Of a stretch of DNA of 64,000 nucleotides, positions 41,290 to 50,439 are shown piece by piece. The notes below the pieces were generated by a model. That model saw nothing but the letters and a program-made list of their open reading frames with translations, made no database searches and was not told the DNA's origin. The position numbers were made by a program, and so were the translations under genes. How positions within the stretch are numbered: the first letter of the stretch is position 1; every line of letters starts with the position of its first letter. The stretch covers positions 23,347 to 87,346 of the forward strand of contig MFQZ01000008.1 of the NCBI GenBank assembly GCA_001784435.1. Reading direction: 5' to 3'. The DNA is from Candidatus Magasanikbacteria bacterium RIFOXYC2_FULL_42_28. Its GTDB lineage: Bacteria; Patescibacteriota; Patescibacteriia; Magasanikbacterales; GWA2-37-8.

Positions 41290-41922
41290 TCAATTTGTCT
41301 TAAGATTTCTAATCGCCGCCTTGGTCTCAATCGCAAACGGCACCGGCGCCACATTAGGTTTTTCTTCTAATAATAAATTTATGCCAATCACCCGCACCAG
41401 CGCCGGATCAATCGGTGCTGACATCGGCGTGCCGGTCGCGCCGGTATAATCCTCATCATAATAATAAAACAGCGACGAGGTGGTATTGGCGACATCATGA
41501 ACAATATCAGTAACAGTTTCGCTCCCTAAATTATACGCGAGCGGTGTGCCGGTCGCTTTCACTATCCCCACTTTCAACGTCGTGCTCACCAAAAAATATC
41601 TAATCCTCTCCCGAAAAGAATCCGCGTCTAAATTGGAATAAAAAACCACCTCTTGGGCACCAGCCGACTCCAAACCATAACCGCCCGTGGCCGACTGCCC
41701 GGCGCGACGCAATTGATTAACAAAATCCTGCACCACCTTACGCCCTTCGTTTTGGGTGGACAACTGCTCCCACACCACATCGCGCCCCCGAAATCCCCAT
41801 ATAAAAATTTCCATCGTGCCCGCTGACACAATCAAAAAGATTCCAATCGCCACAAGGATTTCAATAATGGACATGCCGCGGGTATCAGTTTTGAATTTGG
41901 GATTTTGGATTTGATTTGACAT
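41290..41922 (-). CDS. prepilin-type N-terminal cleavage/methylation domain protein (pseudopilin)
   Basis: class III signal RG-MSIIEILVAIGIFLIV. Confidence 0.6.
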   Translation of the reverse strand: MSNQIQNPKFKTDTRGMSIIEILVAIGIFLIVSAGTMEIFIWGFRGRDVVWEQLSTQNEGRKVVQDFVNQLRRAGQSATGGYGLESAGAQEVVFYSNLDADSFRERIRYFLVSTTLKVGIVKATGTPLAYNLGSETVTDIVHDVANTTSSLFYYYDEDYTGATGTPMSAPIDPALVRVIGINLLLEEKPNVAPVPFAIETKAAIRNLKTN

Positions 41923-41945
41923 TGGAAATTTGGATTTTGAAATTA
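41887..41945. repeat. half-copy of a GGAAATT-family element, overlapping the 5' end of 41290-41922 and reaching the stop of 41943-43745
   Basis: GATTTGACATTGGAAATTTGGATTTTGAAATT. Confidence 0.5.
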
Positions 41946-43745
41946 CAACGTGGACATATTAACAAACGTATCCGCGTTCCCGACAACATCCACCTGACCG
42001 GCATTATTCGCATACCCCGAACGCGTTACCGTCACGGTATAAGAACTGGCGGATAAACCGCTAAAAAACGCCTGCCCGGGCGGGGTGCAACTATTAGTAT
42101 AGGTAATGGACAATTCGGATAAAATGGGGGTGTAGTTGTTGTTAGTAGTGCTTAAATACGCCTTATAGCGCAAATAACGCTTATCACTCAAAGAAGCCGG
42201 AATAGTGGGATTAGCAACCGTAAAATAGGTGCCGGCGGTGCCGTCCGGACCGACAAAACTCCAACTGGCCGGCGTGGAAGAATTGGAAGTGGCTAATTGA
42301 AATTTCAAAGAATTAGCGCCGGTTTGCGACGGCTGGGTCAAGGGGTTAATTACCAAATTGCGCAAAGTTATAGGCGCGCCAAAATCAAAAGTAGATGATT
42401 CTAAATTACCGCTAAGATAATATTTAGAACCATTCTTTTTTAATTTGACATTGCCGGCCGTGGCGCCGGACACATTAATCGTGCCACTATCGCTAAAATA
42501 TTTATTTTCAATTACATAAGCCACCTGTCCGGTTCCGCCCGACCAATCGGTCTGACGCAAGTAACCGACGCCCGTGGATAAGGTCTGATCATAACCGCCT
42601 CCGCCGGTCAAACGCACAGACGCGTCCGACAAGGGCAAACCGGTGCCGGAATCAAACACTTTTACCAATAAAGAATTAGCGCTATGCGGTTGTAAAATCG
42701 CGGTAACATCTTGCGTAGCGCCCGCGTGTAAAACAATCGGCAAGGGTGGAATCGTGCCAGCAATATCATAAACACCACTCGTGGCACTGATATGATAATC
42801 ATTAAATTCCAAATTATTCAAAGCAATACTGCCGGCGCCACCCGTTAAAAAATTTTGATTATATTTATAAACATCCGGATCAATACTCAACATTTTTTCA
42901 CTGCCGTACATATTAAAATTCGCGTTGCCGACCGCGACGCAGGTGGCGTTAACGGAATTAAAATTAATACTCCCCAATAAATCAATGGAAAAACTGATAT
43001 CAGTCACGGTTTGCTCATTAACATTAGACGGTGGTTTAACCGGAGCCGGTACCGCTGGCGAAGTCGCTACCGTATAATCAGAAGAATACCCGTCTTTGGA
43101 CACCGTAATATGATAAGCCAAAGTGCCGGTGGGAGTATCAATAATCCGCAAATAACCATTGGCATCAGTGGTGTCATCAATAATTAAATCCGGATTTAAA
43201 TCAGTATTAGCCACATGAACATCAGCCCCGGCCACGGGTAAACCATCTTCGCCAAACACCTCAATAAAAAGCGCGCCATTACTGCTCGCCCCTTCTAGTT
43301 GTCGCGGCGACACCATCGTACTTAATTTAATCGGCATGGCCTGACCGCAACCAAAACAAATTGCCGACATTTCCACTAATTTATAATCGGCCGGTGAAGT
43401 GTCATTCGGGCTACCGCCGATGGTACCGTCAAAAGCATCATCAATATTGCGCACCGTGGCCGTTATCAAAAAATCCAAATTATTACGTGTGACGGTTTTC
43501 GTGCGCGCCAGTGCCCCCACCGGCACACCGTTTAAAATACCAACACTTTCATATGGCAAATTGCGCGCCACTTCCAATTCTTCTGACAGTAAAGCCGTTT
43601 CCAAAATTTTAATGCGCGATTGATAAACAATTTTAAAAACCAGCGATAATCCGCTATAAATCCCAATCGCGAATAACAAAAATATGGCCGAGGCGACCAC
43701 GGCTTCCACGAGAGTGAATCCTTGGTGGGATTTTATTTTTGGCAT
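41943..43745 (-). CDS. large (600 aa) prepilin-type minor pilin / pilus-associated adhesin-like protein
   Basis: class III signal QG-FTLVEAVVASAIFLL, then a long beta-rich Thr/Ser/Gly-rich domain. Confidence 0.55.
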   Translation of the reverse strand: MPKIKSHQGFTLVEAVVASAIFLLFAIGIYSGLSLVFKIVYQSRIKILETALLSEELEVARNLPYESVGILNGVPVGALARTKTVTRNNLDFLITATVRNIDDAFDGTIGGSPNDTSPADYKLVEMSAICFGCGQAMPIKLSTMVSPRQLEGASSNGALFIEVFGEDGLPVAGADVHVANTDLNPDLIIDDTTDANGYLRIIDTPTGTLAYHITVSKDGYSSDYTVATSPAVPAPVKPPSNVNEQTVTDISFSIDLLGSINFNSVNATCVAVGNANFNMYGSEKMLSIDPDVYKYNQNFLTGGAGSIALNNLEFNDYHISATSGVYDIAGTIPPLPIVLHAGATQDVTAILQPHSANSLLVKVFDSGTGLPLSDASVRLTGGGGYDQTLSTGVGYLRQTDWSGGTGQVAYVIENKYFSDSGTINVSGATAGNVKLKKNGSKYYLSGNLESSTFDFGAPITLRNLVINPLTQPSQTGANSLKFQLATSNSSTPASWSFVGPDGTAGTYFTVANPTIPASLSDKRYLRYKAYLSTTNNNYTPILSELSITYTNSCTPPGQAFFSGLSASSYTVTVTRSGYANNAGQVDVVGNADTFVNMSTL

Positions 43746-43933
43746 AAATATTTAAACACTTGTCATCCCGATGAAAATCGGGATCTCTGTCCCACTTTGT
43801 ATATTATACCAGAAAAATCACCCGCTGTCATTCCGAACAAATGTGCAATAAAAAAACGTCTCGCGAATAATGCGAAACGTTTGAAATTTTCAATAAACCA
43901 ATTTACAATTTTCAATCAATTTTCATTTTTCAA

Positions 43934-44242
43934 TTAAACAATCCTAATGCCGGTCTTTTTAATCTCATTAACCATCGGATTGTTTTTATCGTTAAAATCA
44001 GCGACGGTGAAACCGTGGGGTTCAATTCGCCCATCCACATTACTACCGGCCATCCACAGGGCGGAACTATTTTCAAACCGACGTAACTTATCAGAAAATA
44101 TCGCCACATCAATATCACTAAATTTATTAGCCAAACCTTTGGCGGTGGAACCAAACCAAAAAATACTGGCAAACGGAAAATTGCTTTTTTTTAATTCGGC
44201 CGCGTAAGAACAAACAATTTTTTTTACTTTATCTTTTGACAT
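43934..44242 (-). CDS. nucleotidyltransferase (MNT) component of a HEPN/MNT toxin-antitoxin pair
   Basis: GSTAKGLANKFSDIDVAIF (GS...SDxD polymerase-beta-type NTase motif). Confidence 0.65.
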   Translation of the reverse strand: MSKDKVKKIVCSYAAELKKSNFPFASIFWFGSTAKGLANKFSDIDVAIFSDKLRRFENSSALWMAGSNVDGRIEPHGFTVADFNDKNNPMVNEIKKTGIRIV

Positions 44243-44613
44243 AACTGGTTGTATAATTTTTTGATTTTACCGTGGTATTTTTTGGTAAATTCCCCGGTGC
44301 ATTTTTTGTAAAAATCCAATTTGTATTCCGGGTATCTGGTACGGATATTAAACTCGTTTACCTGCCCTAAAAAAATCATCAAATCGTCATCACTTTCTAA
44401 TTTAGCCAATTCATAAAGCCGAATTAAATTGTGAATATAAGGCGCGTCTTTTTTGGTTTCTTGCACCACGAGCGCCTTTAAAATTTTCTCCAAAACAATG
44501 TGGCCAAAAAACAAACAAGCCGAATAACGTTTACTTCGATATAACGCCAGCATCGTATCATAATCATGCTCGGCAGTTTTAACCCAATATTTTACTAGTC
44601 CTTTTTTGTCCAT
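44224..44613 (-). CDS. HEPN-domain protein, partner of the MNT gene (19-nt overlap)
   Basis: classical HEPN helix pattern (YRSKRYSACLFFGHIVLEKILKALVV). Confidence 0.6.
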   Translation of the reverse strand: MDKKGLVKYWVKTAEHDYDTMLALYRSKRYSACLFFGHIVLEKILKALVVQETKKDAPYIHNLIRLYELAKLESDDDLMIFLGQVNEFNIRTRYPEYKLDFYKKCTGEFTKKYHGKIKKLYNQLCQKIK

Positions 44614-44638
44614 AGTTGTCCAAATTATTTTTTCACCA

Positions 44639-44890
44639 TTATAATAACTCCATAAATTTCCCCATCAACTTATCTCCGCCAACCGTTTTCAATTCTTTAA
44701 TAATTTGATGCTGTACTTTTAATTCATTGTGCCTCGGAATCATTATAAACGGCCGATGTCCGGCTGGAATTAAATAATTTTTTGGAAAAGCATATTTATC
44801 ATGACTACCGGTGCGATCATTGTTTAAATAAAAACCTAATTTTTTAAGCGCAAATACGCACTGCCGTTTGTTGAAATTATAGTCCCCCAT
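44639..44890 (-). CDS. hicA: HicA-family mRNA interferase toxin
   Basis: ALKKLGFYLNNDRTGSHDKYAF (HicA/YcfA signature). Confidence 0.55.
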   Translation of the reverse strand: MGDYNFNKRQCVFALKKLGFYLNNDRTGSHDKYAFPKNYLIPAGHRPFIMIPRHNELKVQHQIIKELKTVGGDKLMGKFMELL

Positions 44891-44902
44891 ATCTATAATT
44901 TT

Positions 44903-45244
44903 TTAAGTGGGCTGGGTTTGCAATTGTGCTTCGTAACGAATTACTTCGTTATTGGCCATTCTAAATTCATTGAAAATAAAATCCGACTCTCTTTTCGGCA
45001 CCCCAAAATAAGTAAGTACGGCATCGTTTACCATATCCAACAATTCTTTCTTTGACTGGGCTTGAGTGAAAATACCCGACAAATCTTTGCATTCGGCTAC
45101 AAACCAACCGTCCGGAGTAATCTCCACAGTCCAATCTAATCGATCGGGAATACCATATTTTTGTTTGATAAAGACCGGATCTTTTTGAACGACAAAATAC
45201 CGATAAGCCCGATTAAACGTTTGTTGTATTTTTGCGGTAAGCAT
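44903..45244 (-). CDS. hicB: HicB-family antitoxin
   Basis: DGWFVAECKDLSGIFTQAQSKKELLDMVNDAVLTYF matches the HicB N-terminal domain. Confidence 0.55.
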   Translation of the reverse strand: MLTAKIQQTFNRAYRYFVVQKDPVFIKQKYGIPDRLDWTVEITPDGWFVAECKDLSGIFTQAQSKKELLDMVNDAVLTYFGVPKRESDFIFNEFRMANNEVIRYEAQLQTQPT

Positions 45245-45461
45245 ACTATTTGTGGATATTTTTTTACATTGATATTATACTATAAATTATGGTAAATGTC
45301 AAAATTACAAACACAAAACCACGCGATTAAACGTGGTTTTATATTACTCTTTGACAACTAATTTAATTACCAAAGAATGATGCCACTTTTGAACGTGTGT
45401 GGCGCACGGGTGATTTTGAAAGGTTAATCACGAACCATTGAGGAAGGCGATGCTGGAACAC

Positions 45462-46310
45462 CTACGTACGACGATGCAAAACCAGAATCAGGTCATCTTT
45501 GGCAAAATATTTTCTGGTAAAACCCATGACCCACCCAATGACCCAATTCTGTGTCGTTTTGTCATACACGAGACATTCGCACAAATACCCTTGATAGGGG
45601 TGCCAATGGCCAGTCAGCAAATAGTAATTTTGCAGGTTGGTCGGAATTTCCGACTGACCTTCCAACACGAACATAATATCCTTCCCCGAGGGTAAGTCAG
45701 TCACTTCAGCCAGCATCTCTTTCGGAGTCATGGGCATCTTGTCAAACGAACCACCAACGACTTCATACCGCCTTCCCTCAACCGAGAATTCAACCCGAAC
45801 AGGTTCTACAGCCACCTCTTTCAGTGGCAACGGAATTGGCACCTTATTGAGTCGATGCACTACAAGAACGCTCCCCCACTGCCGCATGATCTCGCCGTTC
45901 GCGAAAAACTGCACAGCGTCTCGACCGCTTTGTGGAAAATAGCCACGAGGAATTCGTTCTATCCTACGATTCCACCTTGACCCCTCCCAAGTAAAGTACA
46001 CACTGTACCCGGGGTCTTCTTCATCCCTTGAGTTGGTCAACAGTTTGGAACAGTAGCGCAAAACAGATGGCAGCTGATCCAAACGATCAGCCAAAAACTT
46101 GCAATCCTCGTCTCCGATCCCCACGGAGTTCAAAGTAGACACCAAGACAGAAAGATCAATGTAGGTCGGTCCTTCTACCAACCCGCCCATGGCCTCATAC
46201 CATCGTCCTTCAACCTCAAACTGGATCGTTTTGGTATTGCCTTTTCTAACTGCTTTAGCACCTTTAGTCGTTGTTTTTGCCTTCATTACAGCATCTCCTC
46301 CCGTTTTCAA
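45462..46310 (-). CDS. hypothetical protein with an internal duplication and locally elevated GC
   Basis: two similar modules (IQFEVEGRWYEAMGGLVEGP / VRVEFSVEGRRYEVVGGSFD); no recognisable family. Confidence 0.3.
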   Translation of the reverse strand: MKTGGDAVMKAKTTTKGAKAVRKGNTKTIQFEVEGRWYEAMGGLVEGPTYIDLSVLVSTLNSVGIGDEDCKFLADRLDQLPSVLRYCSKLLTNSRDEEDPGYSVYFTWEGSRWNRRIERIPRGYFPQSGRDAVQFFANGEIMRQWGSVLVVHRLNKVPIPLPLKEVAVEPVRVEFSVEGRRYEVVGGSFDKMPMTPKEMLAEVTDLPSGKDIMFVLEGQSEIPTNLQNYYLLTGHWHPYQGYLCECLVYDKTTQNWVIGWVMGFTRKYFAKDDLILVLHRRT

Positions 46311-46489
46311 AGAACTTGTTTACCACACGCGACCCCATGTCACGTTTGGCAGAACATCATAGCATATACCGTTTTGTTCGCATTGTCAAGATAATTGACC
46401 CGATATATTACTTTTGATTAAATTGTCATAATTTATTTAAAATTAGCCAAAATATAGTCATTTTTAATTACTATTCTGTGTCAAAAAAC

Positions 46490-46518
46490 TTGACAGATGT
46501 TAAAATATGTGTTATAAT
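46490..46518 (+). promoter_or_regulatory. perfect consensus sigma70 promoter TTGACA-17-TATAAT upstream of the TrmB-like gene, with a roughly 145-nt CA-rich leader
   Basis: TTGACA at 46490-46495 and TATAAT at 46513-46518, counted directly. Confidence 0.5.
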
Positions 46519-46662
46519 AGCCAAAGTTATACTGTTATATTGTCCACAAGAAATCCTGCAATAACCAACTTTAAGGGATTCCTCCACTCGCTACAGCTCG
46601 GTCGGAATGACAATAACCACTCGCACCAATAAACCACTAAACTAATAAACCAATCAACCGCC

Positions 46663-47397
46663 ATGTCCGACACTACTCTTAATTTAGCTCTACAAAACCT
46701 CGGTCTAGATGACAAAGAAGCCAAAATCTATTTGGCGCTTTTGGAATTAGGCAAAGGCACTGTCGCCGATGTTGCTAAACAGTCCGGCGTCAAACGCACG
46801 AACATTTACAATTTTATCGGTCCGATGAAAGACAAACATATCATCGGTGAAATAATACAGGACAAACAAATTATTCTTATCCCCGAAAATCCCCAAGCCC
46901 TAATCAAACGCGCCGAACAAAATTTTGTTGACATCAAAAATCTTTTACCAAATTTATTATCCATTTTTAACACCCCCGAATCAAAACCAAAAGTAAAATT
47001 TTTTGACGGGGCGCAAGGAATTAAAAACGCTTGGGATGATATGACCACGAGTGGTGAAAATATTTACGGTTTTTCTGACTATGAAAAAATGTTTGGCGTT
47101 TTTCCAGATGATTGGCTCGGGCAAATACCTAAAACCCGCGCGCAGAACAAACAATTTTATTATTGTATTGCCAAAGACGGTCCCTGGGGCAAAAAAATTA
47201 AATCCAGAGACAAAAAACAATTGCGCCAAACCAAATTAGTCAAAAATTTAAATTTAGACACCGAAATAAACATTTACGGCGGAAAAGTTTTGCTAATAAG
47301 TTTCCGCAAACCGTATTCCGCGATTATAATAGAAGAAAGAGCCATTGCCATGTCGTTAAAATCAATTTGGCAATTGATTTGGGATGGGTTGAAGTAG
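46663..47397 (+). CDS. TrmB-family transcriptional regulator (second copy)
   Basis: DDKEAKIYLALLELGKGTVADVAKQSGVKRTNIYNFI wHTH. Confidence 0.5.
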   Translation: MSDTTLNLALQNLGLDDKEAKIYLALLELGKGTVADVAKQSGVKRTNIYNFIGPMKDKHIIGEIIQDKQIILIPENPQALIKRAEQNFVDIKNLLPNLLSIFNTPESKPKVKFFDGAQGIKNAWDDMTTSGENIYGFSDYEKMFGVFPDDWLGQIPKTRAQNKQFYYCIAKDGPWGKKIKSRDKKQLRQTKLVKNLNLDTEINIYGGKVLLISFRKPYSAIIIEERAIAMSLKSIWQLIWDGLK

Positions 47398-47569
47398 TTA
47401 TGCACAGCGCCAGTTTTACGAAAATGTGGTATAATATGTGTGAAATACTAAACCCTAAATCCTAAACTCTAAAGAAGTCCAAATATTTAAATTCAAAAAA
47501 AACAAAAATTTTGACATTTTTATTTGGAATTTGTTTAGAACTTAGTGTTTAGAATTTAGAATTTTTATT

Positions 47570-49915
47570 GTGTCTCGTCCTCGTCGCATGATCCACTACC
47601 AAAAACGCCCGGCCGCGCCGCGTTTTAATCTTAATCCCGAATTAAACAACGGCATTATTGCGGTTTTGCTTTTTATTTTGGCTGGCATTGCCACTTTGAG
47701 TTTTTTCCAAATGGCCGGCGTGCTCGGACAATTTGTGGATTCATTTTTGGCATTGCTGTTTGGCCAAGTACGCTACTGCGTCCCCTTGGTTTTAATCACC
47801 GCTTCCATCTTACTCGTCAAAGACATTGAATATAACTATCGCCACACCCACTCGGTCGGCGCGATTTTATTTTTCTTAAGTTTCAACGGCCTCGTGCATT
47901 TACAATATCCGCTTGCCGATATGGCCTCAACGGCGCAACAAGGTTACGGTGGCGGTATGATTGGCTTTGCCCTCGCCTGGGTAATGGCCTCGTATGTTGG
48001 CTATTGGGGCGGGATGTTAATTTTAATCGGACTTTTGATTGTCTCACTCATATTTTTGTTCAACACCACGCTCGCGCAAATGGTGGAAATTCACAAAAAA
48101 TTATTTTTAACTTTGGGCTGGCTCGGACGCGAGATTGTTGCGTTTTTTGGCAGTTTTAAAAACCCGTCTTCGCCTTGGGCTACGCCGGGTAAACCCGTAA
48201 AATTTGCTATCAAGGGTGATTATGAAAATCAAACTCAACCCGAAGATAATATTAACGAAACCGATGGCGAAGAAGAGCGCGTCTTTAAACAAAAATCGAT
48301 TGCTCAAACTGACGACACCGACGAAACAGAAGAAGAACCAGCCGAAGCCGAACCGGAAGAGGAAAAAGTGGTGGGCGTGCCTCAAGCCGTTATTCGCGAT
48401 TTACCAAATTTAGATTTATTATTCACCTCCAAATCCAAACCATCGGCCGGTGATATCAAAGGCAATGCCGAGACCATTAAAAGCACTTTGAAAAATTTTG
48501 GCATTGAAGTAGAAATGGGTGAGGTGCGCGTTGGTCCGACGGTAACGCAATATTCTTTCAAACCAGCGGCCGGCATTAAATTAACCCGCATCACTACTTT
48601 ATCAAATGATTTAGCGCTCGCTTTGGCCGCCCACCCAATTCGTATTGAAGCGCCAATTCCAGGCCAAAGTTTAGTCGGCGTGGAAGTTCCCAACCAAAAA
48701 GTGGCGATGGTAACACTGCGCGAATTATTAGAATCTGAAGAATTTACCAAACGCCCGCACAACATGATGATCGCGTTAGGCAAAGATGTCGCCGGTAAAG
48801 TTTGGTGGACGGACTTATTAAAAATGCCCCACCTACTCGTCGCCGGCGCCACTGGTTCAGGCAAAACCGTTTGTATCAATGCGATTATCACCAGTCTACT
48901 TTATCAAAATACCGCCGAAACTTTGCGCTTTATAATGGTAGACCCTAAACGGGTGGAGTTGACGCTCTACGACGGCATCCCCCATTTATTAACGCCGGCA
49001 ATAACCACTCCGGCCAAATGTGTGAACGCGCTAAAATGGACTATCAACGAAATGGAACGCCGTTTTGATGTTTTAGCCAAAGCCGGCAAACGCGATATTG
49101 CTTCTTTTAATAAATCCTCGTCCGAACCACTTCCATATATAGTATTTGTCATTGACGAATTAGCGGACTTAATGTCCCAAGCCAGCGCCGAAGTGGAAGC
49201 CGGAATAATTCGCATTGCCCAAATGGCGCGCGCGGTCGGTATTCATTTAATTGTCGCCACCCAACGCCCGAGTGTGGAAGTGATTACCGGTTTAATGAAA
49301 GCCAATATCCCCGGGCGCATCGCCTTTTCGGTGGCTTCAATTATTGATTCGCGCACAATTTTAGATTGCCCGGGCGCGGAAAAATTATTAGGCCGCGGCG
49401 ATATGTTGCTCCTGACCGCTGACATGTCTAAACCAAAACGCGTACAAGGCGCGTTTATTTCCGAAGAAGAAATTGATCATGTAGTGGAACATTTGAAAGG
49501 CGACGAACCACCCACTTACGACGACGCGATTGTGGCCAAAGGCGATAACAGTGGCGGCACCTTAAATATGTTTACCGGTGGCACCGATGACCAAGACGCG
49601 TTATTTGATGATGCCAAAAGATGTGTAATTGAAAGTGGCAAAGCATCCGCTTCATTATTACAACGTCGCTTAAAAGTGGGCTACGCCCGCGCCGCGAGAT
49701 TATTAGATGAATTAGAAAATGCCGGCATCGTCGGGCCCGCTGACGGCGCCAAACCGCGCGAGGTGTTTACCGAACATATTGGCAATGGACACCATATGCC
49801 CGCGCCCGAAGCCGAAATTCCGGCGGACGAGCAGACGATGGATTTGGGTGGGGTGGTGTTGGATGATAATAAACCGAAAGAATCAGAAGCCGAAGAAGAA
49901 CCACCAACACAATAA
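47570..49915 (+). CDS. ftsK: DNA translocase FtsK/SpoIIIE
   Basis: N-terminal TM segments, linker, Walker A VAGATGSGKT, Walker B, C-terminal gamma wHTH. Confidence 0.9.
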   Translation: MSRPRRMIHYQKRPAAPRFNLNPELNNGIIAVLLFILAGIATLSFFQMAGVLGQFVDSFLALLFGQVRYCVPLVLITASILLVKDIEYNYRHTHSVGAILFFLSFNGLVHLQYPLADMASTAQQGYGGGMIGFALAWVMASYVGYWGGMLILIGLLIVSLIFLFNTTLAQMVEIHKKLFLTLGWLGREIVAFFGSFKNPSSPWATPGKPVKFAIKGDYENQTQPEDNINETDGEEERVFKQKSIAQTDDTDETEEEPAEAEPEEEKVVGVPQAVIRDLPNLDLLFTSKSKPSAGDIKGNAETIKSTLKNFGIEVEMGEVRVGPTVTQYSFKPAAGIKLTRITTLSNDLALALAAHPIRIEAPIPGQSLVGVEVPNQKVAMVTLRELLESEEFTKRPHNMMIALGKDVAGKVWWTDLLKMPHLLVAGATGSGKTVCINAIITSLLYQNTAETLRFIMVDPKRVELTLYDGIPHLLTPAITTPAKCVNALKWTINEMERRFDVLAKAGKRDIASFNKSSSEPLPYIVFVIDELADLMSQASAEVEAGIIRIAQMARAVGIHLIVATQRPSVEVITGLMKANIPGRIAFSVASIIDSRTILDCPGAEKLLGRGDMLLLTADMSKPKRVQGAFISEEEIDHVVEHLKGDEPPTYDDAIVAKGDNSGGTLNMFTGGTDDQDALFDDAKRCVIESGKASASLLQRRLKVGYARAARLLDELENAGIVGPADGAKPREVFTEHIGNGHHMPAPEAEIPADEQTMDLGGVVLDDNKPKESEAEEEPPTQ

Positions 49916-50350
49916 ACTGTCTCGCTGTCTTTCCCCTCCTTTTCAAGGAGGGGACCAAGGGGCGGTTCACTCACCAACAAAAAAATATCCGCCTCACAGC
50001 GAATATTTTTATTATAGAAGCAAAACCACCCTCGCCAAAATTAAACTATTTTAATTCTAACGAGGTAGGGGTGGTCTTGCGATGTTCTGTAAGTCCGCCC
50101 ATACCTTTTCTTCGTCATTTTTTGTCCTCACCCTCTTGATCGTTGGCGCCCTCACTTCTCAACGACTCTGCGTAGTCGTTGTCGGACTGTAGCTTTTCCA
50201 ACTGTTCTTTTTCATCTTCTTCTTTTGTTTTTTTTGACTTCTTTTTGAAATCGGACGACATTCGCCCTCCTTTTGCCAGAGAGTGATTTCTCGGTCTCGG
50301 AAACTCTAACAAATAACTCTCTCTCTCTGTCAAATATCCCCCCCCCCCCA

Positions 50351-50393
50351 CGCTTAGCGTGGGTTATGGGACGCTTAGCGACAACGCTTAGCG
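50351..50393. promoter_or_regulatory. three copies of the 9-bp palindrome CGCTTAGCG (50351-50359, 50372-50380, 50385-50393), candidate operator sites, directly after a C12 tract (50338-50349)
   Basis: seen directly. Confidence 0.45.
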
Positions 50394-50398
50394 TCCCC

Positions 50399-50427
50399 TT
50401 GACAAAACCACCAAGATAGTATATAAT
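50399..50427 (+). promoter_or_regulatory. perfect consensus sigma70 promoter TTGACA-17-TATAAT, with its -10 only about 12 nt before the ATG of 50440 (near-leaderless transcript)
   Basis: TTGACA at 50399-50404 and TATAAT at 50422-50427. Confidence 0.5.
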
Positions 50428-50439
50428 ATACTATATACT

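Noticed and set aside
50115-50261. Small Lys/Glu-rich minus-strand ORF divergent from the consensus promoter
   Set aside because: Only about 49 aa from the first plausible Met and highly low-complexity. It cannot be distinguished from a random ORF in an AT-rich charged-codon region.
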